A stretch of 64,000 nt of DNA from Deltaproteobacteria bacterium tcs-42 (GCA_002049545.1 LLYT01000001.1:5605-69604), one strand, 5' to 3'; positions 26,601 through 37,000 are shown, numbered from the stretch's first letter. The notes: generated by a model not told the origin, from the sequence alone. Numbers and translations are program-made.

Positions 26601-28136
26601 ATGACACCTGCAGCAATCGTATCAAAACTCTGGAACTACTGTAACGTCCTCCGCGACGACGGCATGAGCTACGGCGACTATGTCGAACAGCTCACCTATC
26701 TGCTTTTTCTCAAAATGGCAGACGAACGGACCAAGCCGCCGTACAATCAACCGAGCAATATCCCGGCTGAATATTCATGGGCAACACTGGCGAAGAAGGA
26801 CGGTGACGAACTGTTCGACCACTACCGCCATACCCTGGAAAACCTCGGCAACGAAAAAGGTCTGCTCGGTCTGATCTTTAACAAGTCGCAGAACAAATTC
26901 CAAGACCCTGCCAAACTGCGTCGCCTGATTGTCGATTTGATCGACAGTGAAAACTGGTCGGTGATGAGCGCCGATGTCAAAGGTGATGCCTACGAGGGGC
27001 TGCTGGAGAAAAATGCTCAGGACACCAAGAGCGGTGCCGGGCAGTATTTTACCCCGCGTCCGCTGATTCAGGCGATAGTTGATGTGGTTGCTCCCAAACC
27101 GGGGGAGACCATCAGTGACCCGGCCTGCGGAACCGGTGGTTTCTTGCTTGCGGCGCACGACAGCCTGGTCGACAACCATCCGCACATGACCAAAGACGAG
27201 CGGAAAAAGCTTAAGGAGGGGACCTTCAAGGGTTGGGAGTTGGTGCAGTCGACAGCACGGCTCTGTGCCATGAACCTGATGCTGCATGGTATCGGTGCCG
27301 GTAATGGCAGTACGAATCTTCCTTTAGTCGTCTCTGATTCTCTAGCGGCTGATCCGGGCGACCGTTTCGACATCATCCTCACCAATCCCCCCTTCGGAAA
27401 GAAGAGCAGTACTACCATTGTTGGTGAAGACGGCAAGGTTGCCAAAGAGAAGGAAACCGTTGAGCGTGACGACTTCTGGGCAACAACCTCAAACAAGCAG
27501 CTCAACTTCATCCAGCACGTCAAAACCCTTCTCAAACAGCATGGCCGTGCCGCCGTAGTTGTGCCGGACAACGTGCTGTTCGAAGGCGGAGCAGGGGAGA
27601 CCATCCGCCGCAAGCTGCTGCACGAATGCGATGTTCACACCATCCTGCGTCTGCCGACCGGACTCTTCTACGCCCAAGGGGTCAAAGCGAACGTTATCTT
27701 TTTCGACCGCAAACCAGCCAGTGAAACGCCCTGGACAAAAAAGCTATGGATTTACGATCTGCGCACCAATACGCACTTCACCCTGAAAACCAATCCGCTC
27801 AAACGCAGTGATCTGGATGATTTTGTCGCTTGCTATTCTGCGGGGAACTTGAAAGCTCGCAAACCGACTTGGACGGAAAATATGAAGGACGACTTGCCTG
27901 CGCAAAACGACAGTTTTGCAGGCAGGTGGCGCAGTTACGACTACGAAGACTTGATCGCCCGCGACAAAGCCAGCCTCGATATCTTCTGGCTCAAGGATGA
28001 TTCGCTGGAGGATTCAGACAACCTTCCAGAGCCGGGTGTACTGGCTGCAGAGATTGTTGAAGATCTGCAGGCGGCTTTGGAGCAGTTTAGGGAGATTGCT
28101 GAGGATTTGGGCGAAGACGAGTTTGTTGCCGAATAA
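26601..28136 (+). CDS. hsdM: Type I RM N6-adenine methyltransferase
   Basis: GQYFTPR, DPACGTGGFL (motif I), NPPF (motif IV); AGGA RBS. Confidence 0.95.
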   Translation: MTPAAIVSKLWNYCNVLRDDGMSYGDYVEQLTYLLFLKMADERTKPPYNQPSNIPAEYSWATLAKKDGDELFDHYRHTLENLGNEKGLLGLIFNKSQNKFQDPAKLRRLIVDLIDSENWSVMSADVKGDAYEGLLEKNAQDTKSGAGQYFTPRPLIQAIVDVVAPKPGETISDPACGTGGFLLAAHDSLVDNHPHMTKDERKKLKEGTFKGWELVQSTARLCAMNLMLHGIGAGNGSTNLPLVVSDSLAADPGDRFDIILTNPPFGKKSSTTIVGEDGKVAKEKETVERDDFWATTSNKQLNFIQHVKTLLKQHGRAAVVVPDNVLFEGGAGETIRRKLLHECDVHTILRLPTGLFYAQGVKANVIFFDRKPASETPWTKKLWIYDLRTNTHFTLKTNPLKRSDLDDFVACYSAGNLKARKPTWTENMKDDLPAQNDSFAGRWRSYDYEDLIARDKASLDIFWLKDDSLEDSDNLPEPGVLAAEIVEDLQAALEQFREIAEDLGEDEFVAE

Positions 28137-28158
28137 AAAATGAGAAGGGTACATTTAA

Positions 28159-29061
28159 ATGCAATCCATAATTTCTATTGCGACGCCTGCAGCTCTTTAC
28201 CTACTAGGTGTTTTCCTCTTTACCTTTCCGCTTGTCTGGCTACAGAAACGCAAGCAGAAAGGTAAAAGATCACCTTTAAGTGGTCATTTGTTGCGTAGTC
28301 CTGGCACTTCATTGCAGAGCCGGATCGAAGAATTGAGTTTGGATATCATGGCATATATTGCTATTTTTCCTGCCTTCCCGCTGCTGATTTATTCGTTTTA
28401 TCTCCCATTGATTCATGCTCAAAAGACCACGACCTATAGTGTTTTGATCATCATTGGTATCGTGATTGTAGTGTTACTTTGGATTGGCATTAAGGTCTAT
28501 CGATTGATGACGGAAAGAAATAACTGTCGCTTGGGTCTCGATGCAGAAATGGCGGTAGGTCAAGAACTTAACCAGCTTATGTTTAATGGGTTTCGAGTTT
28601 ATCATGACTTTCCGGCGGAAAATTTCAACATTGATCATGTCGCGGTTGGTCCGACAGGCGTCTATGCCGTTGAGACGAAAGGGAGGACAAAGGCGATTAG
28701 AAAGGCCGGAAAGGTTGAGGCGACTGTCGTTTATGATGGAAAGACACTGCAATTTCCAAGTTGGTATGAAACCGAACCGTTACTGCAGGCACAACGTCAA
28801 GCCGACTGGCTCAGAAAATGGCTAACCAGTGCAGTTGGCGAGCCGGTGTATGTGCAAGCAGTTTTGGCTCTCCCAGGATGGTATGTTGTACGTAAAGCTG
28901 ATCGACCAATAAAACTGATCAGTGGTAAAGAAGCCTATTCCCTGGCAAAACCAAGCGGCATTACCCTTCTTGGTAACGACATGATCCAACGGATTTCCCA
29001 TCAGGTCGAACAGCGTTGTCGGGACGTTGAACCGGTTGCTTACCGAAAAGAAAAGAAATAA
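28159..29061 (+). CDS. Membrane-anchored NERD (nuclease-related) domain protein
   Basis: N-terminal TM helices, GLDAEMAV, YHD, NIDHVAVGPTGVYAVETK. Confidence 0.8.
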   Translation: MQSIISIATPAALYLLGVFLFTFPLVWLQKRKQKGKRSPLSGHLLRSPGTSLQSRIEELSLDIMAYIAIFPAFPLLIYSFYLPLIHAQKTTTYSVLIIIGIVIVVLLWIGIKVYRLMTERNNCRLGLDAEMAVGQELNQLMFNGFRVYHDFPAENFNIDHVAVGPTGVYAVETKGRTKAIRKAGKVEATVVYDGKTLQFPSWYETEPLLQAQRQADWLRKWLTSAVGEPVYVQAVLALPGWYVVRKADRPIKLISGKEAYSLAKPSGITLLGNDMIQRISHQVEQRCRDVEPVAYRKEKK

Positions 29062-29113
29062 CCGGGACGCTCTTAAATAATTAATAAGCAAAAAATGTTA
29101 ATTGATTATTTAA

Positions 29114-29407
29114 GAGAATGTCCCACCGTCCACAGTTGCAAAGGTTAGGGAGGAGGTAGCTGACGCGAAGAAGACACAAAAGATAGACACTGGGATTGAG
29201 GCCCAAGCCAAGGTTCTAGAGTTTTCTGGTCAGCAGTGGGCTTTCATTATGGTGGAGGGGGCAAGTAAGGGACTCTTCACTCCAAAAGAGATGGGGATAC
29301 TAAGCTCTGCGACTAAGATCCCGAACGTAATTCCATCTGAAAAACAATCAAAGATTCTGGTTGATGTTTTAGGTAAGTCTGAAATGGAAGGTATAACAGT
29401 ACCATGA
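29114..29407 (+). pseudogene. Start-less 3' gene fragment, possibly AIPR C-terminus
   Basis: Open frame ...DAKKTQKIDTGIEAQAKV...IPSEKQSKILVDVLGKSEMEG* resembles AIPR C-termini from memory; in-frame stop directly upstream. Confidence 0.35.
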
Positions 29408-29471
29408 TTCAGCTCTGCCACAAGAATTCTGGTGACATAATATACTTGGGATAATCCTGTCCGGTTGCATC

Positions 29472-29744
29472 ATGACTCCGCAGAAAGACCAGAACACACG
29501 CAGCACCGCTGCGGATATGGTTGACGGCAAGACCTGCAGCGGGTTGATTCATTTTATGTCGAAGGCGGTCAGCTTTATCTGGAACTGCCACGTGACAGTG
29601 GTTCTTTATGGAAATCCGTCGTCAACCACCGACCTGGAAGAAAAACTTGCAGCTGGACAGATTGTACTAGGTGGCTGCACTTTTGAGAGTGACGCACCAG
29701 CCTGGCGCTGTGTTGATTGTGATGAAGATTTTTATAAGGGTTAA
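29472..29744 (+). CDS. Small Cys-containing hypothetical protein or remnant
   Basis: C-terminal VLYG...IVLGGC...WRCVDC resembles small Zn-binding proteins, but the N-terminal CxxC is absent. Confidence 0.3.
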   Translation: MTPQKDQNTRSTAADMVDGKTCSGLIHFMSKAVSFIWNCHVTVVLYGNPSSTTDLEEKLAAGQIVLGGCTFESDAPAWRCVDCDEDFYKG

Positions 29745-29854
29745 CGAGAGTCTAAACCGGTCATCTATAAATAGCATGCCGGAAGCAGGGGGCAGAATAA
29801 ACAGGGTAAACGGTCAAATCATTTAGAGCAATAGTTATCACAGCTCACCACACA

Positions 29855-29882
29855 ACGTCGCATAATGTATATTATGTAAACT
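29855..29882 (+). other. dif: Chromosomal dif site (XerC/XerD recombination site)
   Basis: ACGTCGCATAA-TGTATA-TTATGTAAACT vs E. coli GGTGCGCATAA-TGTATA-TTATGTTAAAT; intergenic. Confidence 0.88.
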
Positions 29883-29909
29883 AAAACATATTCTCGCCTA
29901 ATACTGAAT

Positions 29910-30875
29910 CTATGGAAGCAAGATGATCTTCCCATTCACCCCATCTTGCATCACTAAATCATGAGCTTTTCCAGCAGCAGATAGTGGCATTTCAGAATGG
30001 ATGACCGGTTTATATCGCCCATCAATCAGCCCGGCTTTGATTTCCGCATGGATTTGATTCAACTCTTTGATGCTGGCATTAAAGAGTGACATGCCAAGGA
30101 TCGATCCGTTTTTTCCCATGGTGTCACGTGGATCAATTTCAATTCTGCCACGATTGCCGATGACAACAACACGACCAAACTTTGCAAGAAGTTTGAGGTC
30201 TTTGTCCAGGTTGACATTGGCAAGCATCTCCAGAATAACATCAACACCTTGACCGCAGGTCAACCCATCAATGGCATCGAGATAATTCTCACTATTATGA
30301 TTCAGTGCAGCGATAACACCCTGTTCCTTTAACAGTGCCAATCCGTGTTCAGTTCCAGCAGTGCCGATAACCCGCATACCGTTTGCTTTTGCAATCTGGA
30401 TGGCGGCAATTCCAACGGCTCCACTGGCACCATGAATCAGTAACGTTTCACCCGGCAATGCAGCGGCGCGATAATTCAAGGCGAAAGAAGCTGTACTATA
30501 TGGCACCCCCAATGCCGCTCCGGAACTAAAAGTTATATTATCAGGAAGAATATAGGCCTGATCCTCTTCACAAATAAGGCTTTCCGCATAGCTTCCAGAT
30601 ACACTGCCACAGACATAAACTCGCTCGCCAACCTTTCTGTGTTTCACTTCCGGGCCAATTTCCGTAATGATTCCGGCAGCATCCTTCCCTGGAGTATATG
30701 GGAGCTGAGGTTTTATCGGATAAATCCCCGCGCGGATATACGTATCAACCGGATTGACGCCAATGGCTTTAACTTGAATTTTTAGTTGGTTTTTACCCGG
30801 GGCGAGATCAGGGATGTTATCCAGCTTCATCACCTCTGACCCGCCAAATTGATGAACTTGTATCGCTTGTCGCAT
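29910..30875 (-). CDS. qor: NADPH:quinone reductase (zeta-crystallin-like)
   Basis: GVNPVDTYIRAG, LIHGASGAVG, GKIILLP. Confidence 0.88.
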   Translation of the reverse strand: MRQAIQVHQFGGSEVMKLDNIPDLAPGKNQLKIQVKAIGVNPVDTYIRAGIYPIKPQLPYTPGKDAAGIITEIGPEVKHRKVGERVYVCGSVSGSYAESLICEEDQAYILPDNITFSSGAALGVPYSTASFALNYRAAALPGETLLIHGASGAVGIAAIQIAKANGMRVIGTAGTEHGLALLKEQGVIAALNHNSENYLDAIDGLTCGQGVDVILEMLANVNLDKDLKLLAKFGRVVVIGNRGRIEIDPRDTMGKNGSILGMSLFNASIKELNQIHAEIKAGLIDGRYKPVIHSEMPLSAAGKAHDLVMQDGVNGKIILLP

Positions 30876-30897
30876 GCTAGCCTCCAGTCAAAAAAAT

Positions 30898-30922
30898 GTA
30901 GAGGCGATTTACGAATCGCCCT
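30898..30922. repeat. GTAG-type REP-like hairpin
   Basis: GTAGAGGCGATTTACGAATCGCCCT; related to 33328-33355. Confidence 0.5.
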
Positions 30923-30940
30923 TTCGTCATAATAATTCTA

Positions 30941-33094
30941 TCAGCCAATCGCTGCTAATTCCAGCCTGCCACCCCAGCGTCGAATCAGTTCCTGTTTTAC
31001 TGGTTCAGCCTCTTCAGTACTGAGTCGTTGCGTTTTTTCTACAAAGTCAAAGGCCTCCTGGCGGGCGGTTTCGAGAAGGCGCATATCCTTCAATAGACTG
31101 GCAACACGAAAATCGGCAAGCCCCGCCTGACGAGTACCGATAAAATCACCGGGGCCGCGAATCTCCAGATCGGCTTCGGCAATACGGAAGCCGTCATTTG
31201 TTTTGACCATAACCTGCAATCGACGTGCAGCATCTTCACTGTAATGTTCTGATGGAATCAGGAGACAATAACTCTTATCAGCTCCTCGACCAACTCGCCC
31301 ACGCAATTGATGTAACTGGGAAAGACCAAAACGATCGGCATGTTCGATCATCATAACTGTCGCATTCGGCACATCAACTCCGACTTCAATAACAGTTGTC
31401 GAGACTAAAAGCTGGGTTTCTCCCTGTCTGAATGAATTCATCACTGCATCTTTTTCGACAGTTTTCATCTGGCCATGGAGAAGCCCAACTCTTGAACCGG
31501 GGAATATCTCGTTGGCCAAAGATTCAGCTGCCGATGTTGCCGCCTGCAGATCACTTTTTTCCGACTCTTCTACCAGAGGGTAAACAACATAGACCTGTCT
31601 CCCCTCTTCTAGCTCTCGCTGAATTGTCTGGTAAGCCTGGTGTCGCTGCGACGAACGAAATAGTTGGGTAACAACCGGTTTTCTTCCGGGAGGTAATTGG
31701 TCGATGACGGAAACCGAAAGATCACCATAAAGGGTCATTGACAGGGTGCGTGGAATCGGCGTTGCCGTCATCACCAGAATGTCCGGATTCACCCCTTTGT
31801 GTTTAAGCAGACTTCTCTGACGGACACCAAAGCGGTGTTGTTCATCAACAATCCCCAGCCCCAGATAATGGAATTCAACCCCTTCCTGCAGGATTGCGTG
31901 GGTTCCAACAACCAGATCGATGTCACCATGAGCTATCTGTTCCAGCATGTTTCGTTTTGCCGCCGCGGGCATGCTTCCTTGTAATAATCCAGCCTTTAAA
32001 TCAAGCCTGTTCAGCCAGTTACTGAAGGTCTGATAATGTTGCTCTGCCAGTATTTCGGTTGGAGCGACAACGGCAACCTGCGCCCTGTTTTCTATAGCGA
32101 TCAACGCGGCCATCAAAGCAACCAGGGTTTTACCGCTGCCAACATCGCCTTGCAGTAATCGGTGCATCGGCTGTGAGGCCATCATGTCGTGTTTGATTTC
32201 ACCAAGAACCCGACGTTGTGCCTCAGTCAGTTTAAATGGAAGCATTTTATTCAGCGGGATGGTGAATTTATGCTCAAATTTGAAAGCAATCCCCACTTCC
32301 AGTTGCACCCCTGCCCGTTTTAGTGCCAGCCCAAGTTCCAAAAAGAAAAATTCATCAAAAACCAGAGACTTGCGGGCACTGTCTTTGCCCTGTTCCAAAT
32401 CCCGCAAATCAACCATTTCGTCGGGCCAGTGAATTTGTTGCAGAGCTTCTGAAATGGTTTTTAAATGGTATTTTTGTCTGATGGGTTCAGGGACAAAGCT
32501 CTGGGACAGGTTGGCAAAATTATGCACCAGATGATACCAGATTTTACGAGCTTGTTTTTGACTCAAACCTTCGGTGAGAGCATAGACAGGGAGGATTCTA
32601 CCGTAATCAAGGGGATCGGACTGTAGTAACTGCTGTAGATCTGTATCAGAATCTATGAGTTCAGAATCGGGGTGATGAATTTCACGGATAGCGGAGAAAC
32701 GCTTAACTTCGCCGATGAAAATAGCTTTTTGTCCGACTGGATAACGTTTTTGCAGCCAGGGCTTACGATACCGAAACCATTTGAGAGATATTTTTCCGGT
32801 ATCATCTCCGACAATAACTTCATAGATACGTCGCCGACTGCGAGTTGTGACCGTTTCACCTGAAGCGAGGACAGATCCGACAAAAACTTCCTGCTGGTTA
32901 TCAGTCAGATGATTGATTGTTTTGAACTGACGGCGGTCTTCATAACGAAGCGGAAGATGATACAGGGCATCTTCAATGCTATTGAGTCCGAGTTTTTTTA
33001 GTTTGGGAACCATTCGTGGCCCGACACCCGGGAGGATATCGAGCTTTTGATCGAGCCTGGATTGATAGTCAAGGTGTGAGTTGCGCGCTGACAT
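30941..33094 (-). CDS. recG: ATP-dependent DNA helicase RecG
   Basis: LLQGDVGSGKT, DEQHRFG, MTATPIPRT, QLRGRVGRG, RGPGDFIGTRQAG. Confidence 0.97.
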   Translation of the reverse strand: MSARNSHLDYQSRLDQKLDILPGVGPRMVPKLKKLGLNSIEDALYHLPLRYEDRRQFKTINHLTDNQQEVFVGSVLASGETVTTRSRRRIYEVIVGDDTGKISLKWFRYRKPWLQKRYPVGQKAIFIGEVKRFSAIREIHHPDSELIDSDTDLQQLLQSDPLDYGRILPVYALTEGLSQKQARKIWYHLVHNFANLSQSFVPEPIRQKYHLKTISEALQQIHWPDEMVDLRDLEQGKDSARKSLVFDEFFFLELGLALKRAGVQLEVGIAFKFEHKFTIPLNKMLPFKLTEAQRRVLGEIKHDMMASQPMHRLLQGDVGSGKTLVALMAALIAIENRAQVAVVAPTEILAEQHYQTFSNWLNRLDLKAGLLQGSMPAAAKRNMLEQIAHGDIDLVVGTHAILQEGVEFHYLGLGIVDEQHRFGVRQRSLLKHKGVNPDILVMTATPIPRTLSMTLYGDLSVSVIDQLPPGRKPVVTQLFRSSQRHQAYQTIQRELEEGRQVYVVYPLVEESEKSDLQAATSAAESLANEIFPGSRVGLLHGQMKTVEKDAVMNSFRQGETQLLVSTTVIEVGVDVPNATVMMIEHADRFGLSQLHQLRGRVGRGADKSYCLLIPSEHYSEDAARRLQVMVKTNDGFRIAEADLEIRGPGDFIGTRQAGLADFRVASLLKDMRLLETARQEAFDFVEKTQRLSTEEAEPVKQELIRRWGGRLELAAIG

Positions 33095-33103
33095 GCAGCA
33101 GGT

Positions 33104-33307
33104 TCAATCTTCAAAAATGGCATTCAGCGCAGCAAGAATTTCATCGACGTCAAGACCATGAGCCCTGACACCTTGAGCAATAGACTCAGTTGTTGCACCA
33201 AGACAGCCAACGCACCCCAGATTGAATTGTTCAAGAACTTTGGCTGTCTCAGGATTCATCTGTAGAACCTGATCAAAGGTCATATCTTTCGTGATTTTCT
33301 GACTCAT
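33104..33307 (-). CDS. DUF1858 (hybrid-cluster-associated redox disulfide) protein
   Basis: ITKDMT...LGCVGC...HGLDVDEIL. Confidence 0.8.
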   Translation of the reverse strand: MSQKITKDMTFDQVLQMNPETAKVLEQFNLGCVGCLGATTESIAQGVRAHGLDVDEILAALNAIFED

Positions 33308-33327
33308 GGAGATCTCCGTTAATTACG

Positions 33328-33355
33328 GTAAGGGCGATTCATGAAACGCCCTTAC
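33328..33355. repeat. GTA(A/G)-type REP-like hairpin
   Basis: GTAAGGGCGATTCATGAAACGCCCTTAC inverted repeat. Confidence 0.55.
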
Positions 33356-33410
33356 GTTTCTGTCGTGTTTATCGAATTGTTCCAGAAGACGTGTGAAAAT
33401 GCAAGAAAAA

Positions 33411-33440
33411 CGGGGCATTGCCAATAATGACAATGCCCCG
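33411..33440 (-). terminator. Probable terminator downstream of greA
   Basis: CGGGGCATTG-N10-CAATGCCCCG followed on the minus strand by a T-rich run. Confidence 0.65.
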
Positions 33441-33493
33441 GCAACAAGAGACAGCAAGATAAGGATGAGGCAATCACTACAGCCTACAAGCCT

Positions 33494-33970
33494 TCAACTA
33501 TATTCAATATCAGTGATTTCATAAACTTTGACGCCAGAGGGGACATTAATGTTCACTTCTTCATCAACTTTGTGACCAACCAGTGCCCTGCCCACAGGAG
33601 AAGTGATAGATATTTTACCGACCTTGATATCTGCCTCATCAACGCCAACAATCTGATAAGTGACCTCTTTTTCGGTGTCGATATCGAACAGAGTCACTTT
33701 TGCACCAAAAACAATTTTATCACTCTTGATCGTGGCCGGATCAATCACCTGTGCAACAGCAATCTTATGATTCAGTTCCTTGATCCGCCCCTCAACAAAC
33801 CCCTGCCGATCTTTGGCAGCATCATACTCTGCATTTTCAGAGAGATCACCGTGACTACGTGCCTCAGCAATATCCTGAACAACCTTCTGACGTTCAAATC
33901 TCACCAGGTTTTTTAATTCGTCCTGCAGACGCTGATGCCCCTCTGTTGTCATCGGAACCGTTTCTTCCAT
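33494..33970 (-). CDS. greA: Transcription elongation factor GreA
   Basis: HGDLSENAEYDAAK, SITSPVGRAL. Confidence 0.97.
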   Translation of the reverse strand: MEETVPMTTEGHQRLQDELKNLVRFERQKVVQDIAEARSHGDLSENAEYDAAKDRQGFVEGRIKELNHKIAVAQVIDPATIKSDKIVFGAKVTLFDIDTEKEVTYQIVGVDEADIKVGKISITSPVGRALVGHKVDEEVNINVPSGVKVYEITDIEYS

Positions 33971-34050
33971 ACTGGTTACTCCTCAAAAAAACAGTGGACG
34001 GAAAAACCGCCCACTGGGTTATAACTCAATCTTGTCTTGCTTCAATGGGC

Positions 34051-37000
34051 TTAATAGTACTCCTGTAGGGGCTTAACGTCAAGGTTTTCTCTTTGCATCG
34101 CCAGAATCCCGTCGGTTCCTGCCCTGATTCCTTCCATTGTCGTGAAGTAGGCGATCTCATAAATGATCGCAGAACGCCGAATTGAATAAGAATCGGAAAT
34201 CGATTGTGCGCCCATGGTGGTGTTAAAAACCAGACAAAGATCACCACTTTTTATGGCATCAACACAGTGGGGTCTCCCCTCTTTGACTTTGTTGATTTTC
34301 TCAGCTGTAATGCCGTTTTGATTAAAAAAGTCAGCGGTTCCACCTGTCGCCACAATAGAGAATCCGGCAGCGACCAGCTTGCGGGTCGGTTCGAGGATCA
34401 TTTCTTTATCCGCGTCTTTCACACTGATAAATATTTTCCCGCTGTGTGGCAATTTGACCCCGGCGCCCAGCTGCGACTTGGCATAAGCATAACCAAAATC
34501 GTAGTCGATCCCCATAACTTCGCCGGTCGATTTCATCTCTGGACCAAGCAGTGTATCAACACCGGGAAATTTGACAAACGGGAACACGGCTTCTTTGACC
34601 GAAATATAATCGGGGACAATATCGCCAGAAACACCCAATGCTGCCAGACCTTTTCCAGCCATCACTTTTGCCGCCACCTGTGCCAGAGGTCGCCCGGTTG
34701 CTTTAGAAACAAACGGAACCGTGCGGCTGGCTCGTGGATTGACTTCGAGTAAATAGATGGCACCATCCTTGATCGCAAACTGAATATTCATCAGCCCGAT
34801 AACTTTTAATTCGAGAGCAAGAGCAATGGTTTGACGGCGAATCTCGGCAATAATCGCATCCGGAAGTGAAAACGGCGGTAAGGTACAGGCAGAATCTCCC
34901 GAATGGATACCGGCTTCTTCGATATGCTGCATGATCCCGCCGATGACCACTTCACTTCCATCTGACAGAGCATCGACATCAACCTCAATGGCATTCTGTA
35001 AAAATTTATCCACCAGAACCGGATGTTCAGGGGATGCATCAACGGCATACTGCATATAATCGCGTAGTCGCTCGATATCGTAAACAATCTCCATGGCGCG
35101 GCCACCCAGGACATACGAAGGCCTGACAACCACCGGATAGCCGATTCGTGCAGCGATAACCTCCGCTTCGTCATACGTACTGGCGATACCGTTCTGTGGT
35201 TGAAGCAGGTTGAGTTTATTCAATAATGCCTGAAAACGTTCGCGGTCTTCTGCTCTGTCAATGGCATCGGGAGATGTTCCGATGATCGGCACCCCAGCTT
35301 GTTCTAATGCGACAGCAAGTTTCAGTGGTGTTTGTCCCCCATATTGAACAATCACCCCTTCCGGACGCTCCGTTTCAACTATTGCCAATACATCTTCGAG
35401 GGTCAGTGGCTCAAAATAAAGACGATCAGAGGTGTCATAATCTGTCGATACCGTCTCGGGGTTACAATTGATCATGATCGTTTCAAACCCGTCAGACGCT
35501 AACGAAAAGGCGCCGTGGACACAACAGTAATCAAATTCAATACCCTGCCCGATCCGGTTCGGCCCACCACCGAGGATGATGATCTTAGGTTTGTCGGTCG
35601 GCTCTGCTTCACATTCTGATTCATAGGTCGAATAGAAATAAGGGGTAAAAGCTTCAAACTCGGCGCCACAAGTATCAACTCGTTTGTAAACGGGAAGGAC
35701 AGCAAGCTTGTGCCGCTTTTCGCGAACATCACCCTCCGTAATTCCCCAGAGGAAAGCGAGCCGTCGATCAGAAAATCCATACTGTTTTGCGTCGCGCAAC
35801 AGGTCAGTAAAATCATCCGAGTCGCTATTCAGTTGATCACGATGGGACAATAAAACTGATTCCATCTCAACTATCTGGGCGATATTTGACAGGAACCATG
35901 GGTCGATTCCACTCAACTGATAAATTTGATCAATACTGAAACCGGCCCGGATTGCATCGGCCAGGTACCACATCCGTTCCCAGCTGGGCACCTGTAATTT
36001 ATTAATCAGATCATCACGTTCCCGGGAGGTTATCTGGCGAACATAATCGGCCGGATTTTTGAAGATCTGACTTTCAAAACCGTAGGAACCAATTTCGAGA
36101 GAACGCAGTGATTTTTGCAGACTTTCTTTAAACGTACGTCCAATCGCCATAGCTTCGCCGACCGATTTCATTTGTGTGGTCAGGGTCGCATCCGATTGTG
36201 GAAATTTTTCAAATGTAAAACGGGGGACTTTGGTGACGACGTAATCGATTGTCGGCTCAAATGATGCGAGGGTTTCGCGAGTAATGTCATTTTGAATTTC
36301 ATCAAGGCGATAACCGACAGATAATTTCGCTGCAATTTTGGCAATTGGAAATCCGGTCGCTTTTGATGCCAGCGCAGAGGATCGAGATACCCGGGGGTTC
36401 ATTTCGATCACCACCATGCGTCCGTTTCTTGGATTAACACCAAACTGAATATTTGAACCACCGGTTTCAACCCCGATTTCCCGGATAATTTTCAAGGAGG
36501 CTTCACGTAAAAGCTGATACTCTTTGTCGGTCAAAGTCTGGGCCGGAGCAACAGTAATAGAGTCACCGGTATGGACACCCATGGCATCAACGTTCTCGAT
36601 CGAACAAATAATGACGACGTTATCGGCGAGATCACGCATCACTTCAAGTTCATACTCTTTCCAGCCGATAACCGACTCTTCGATCAAAATCTCACTGGTT
36701 GGCGACGCATCAATTCCGACCACGGCCATCCGCTCAAACTCTTCACGATTGTAGGCAATCCCGCCACCAGTCCCCCCCAGGGTAAAGGAAGGGCGAATTA
36801 TCGCTGGAAAACCTATCTCAGCAACAACCTCCTGCGCTTCCTTGAAGCTATGAGCCAGGCCTGAACGTGGAACAGCAACGCCAATCTTTTCCATTGCCTG
36901 TTTAAACAACGTACGGTCTTCAGCTTTTTTAATCGGCCCAAGCTTTGCGCCAATCATTTCAACGTTATACTTTTTCAGCACACCAGACTCAGCAACAGAA

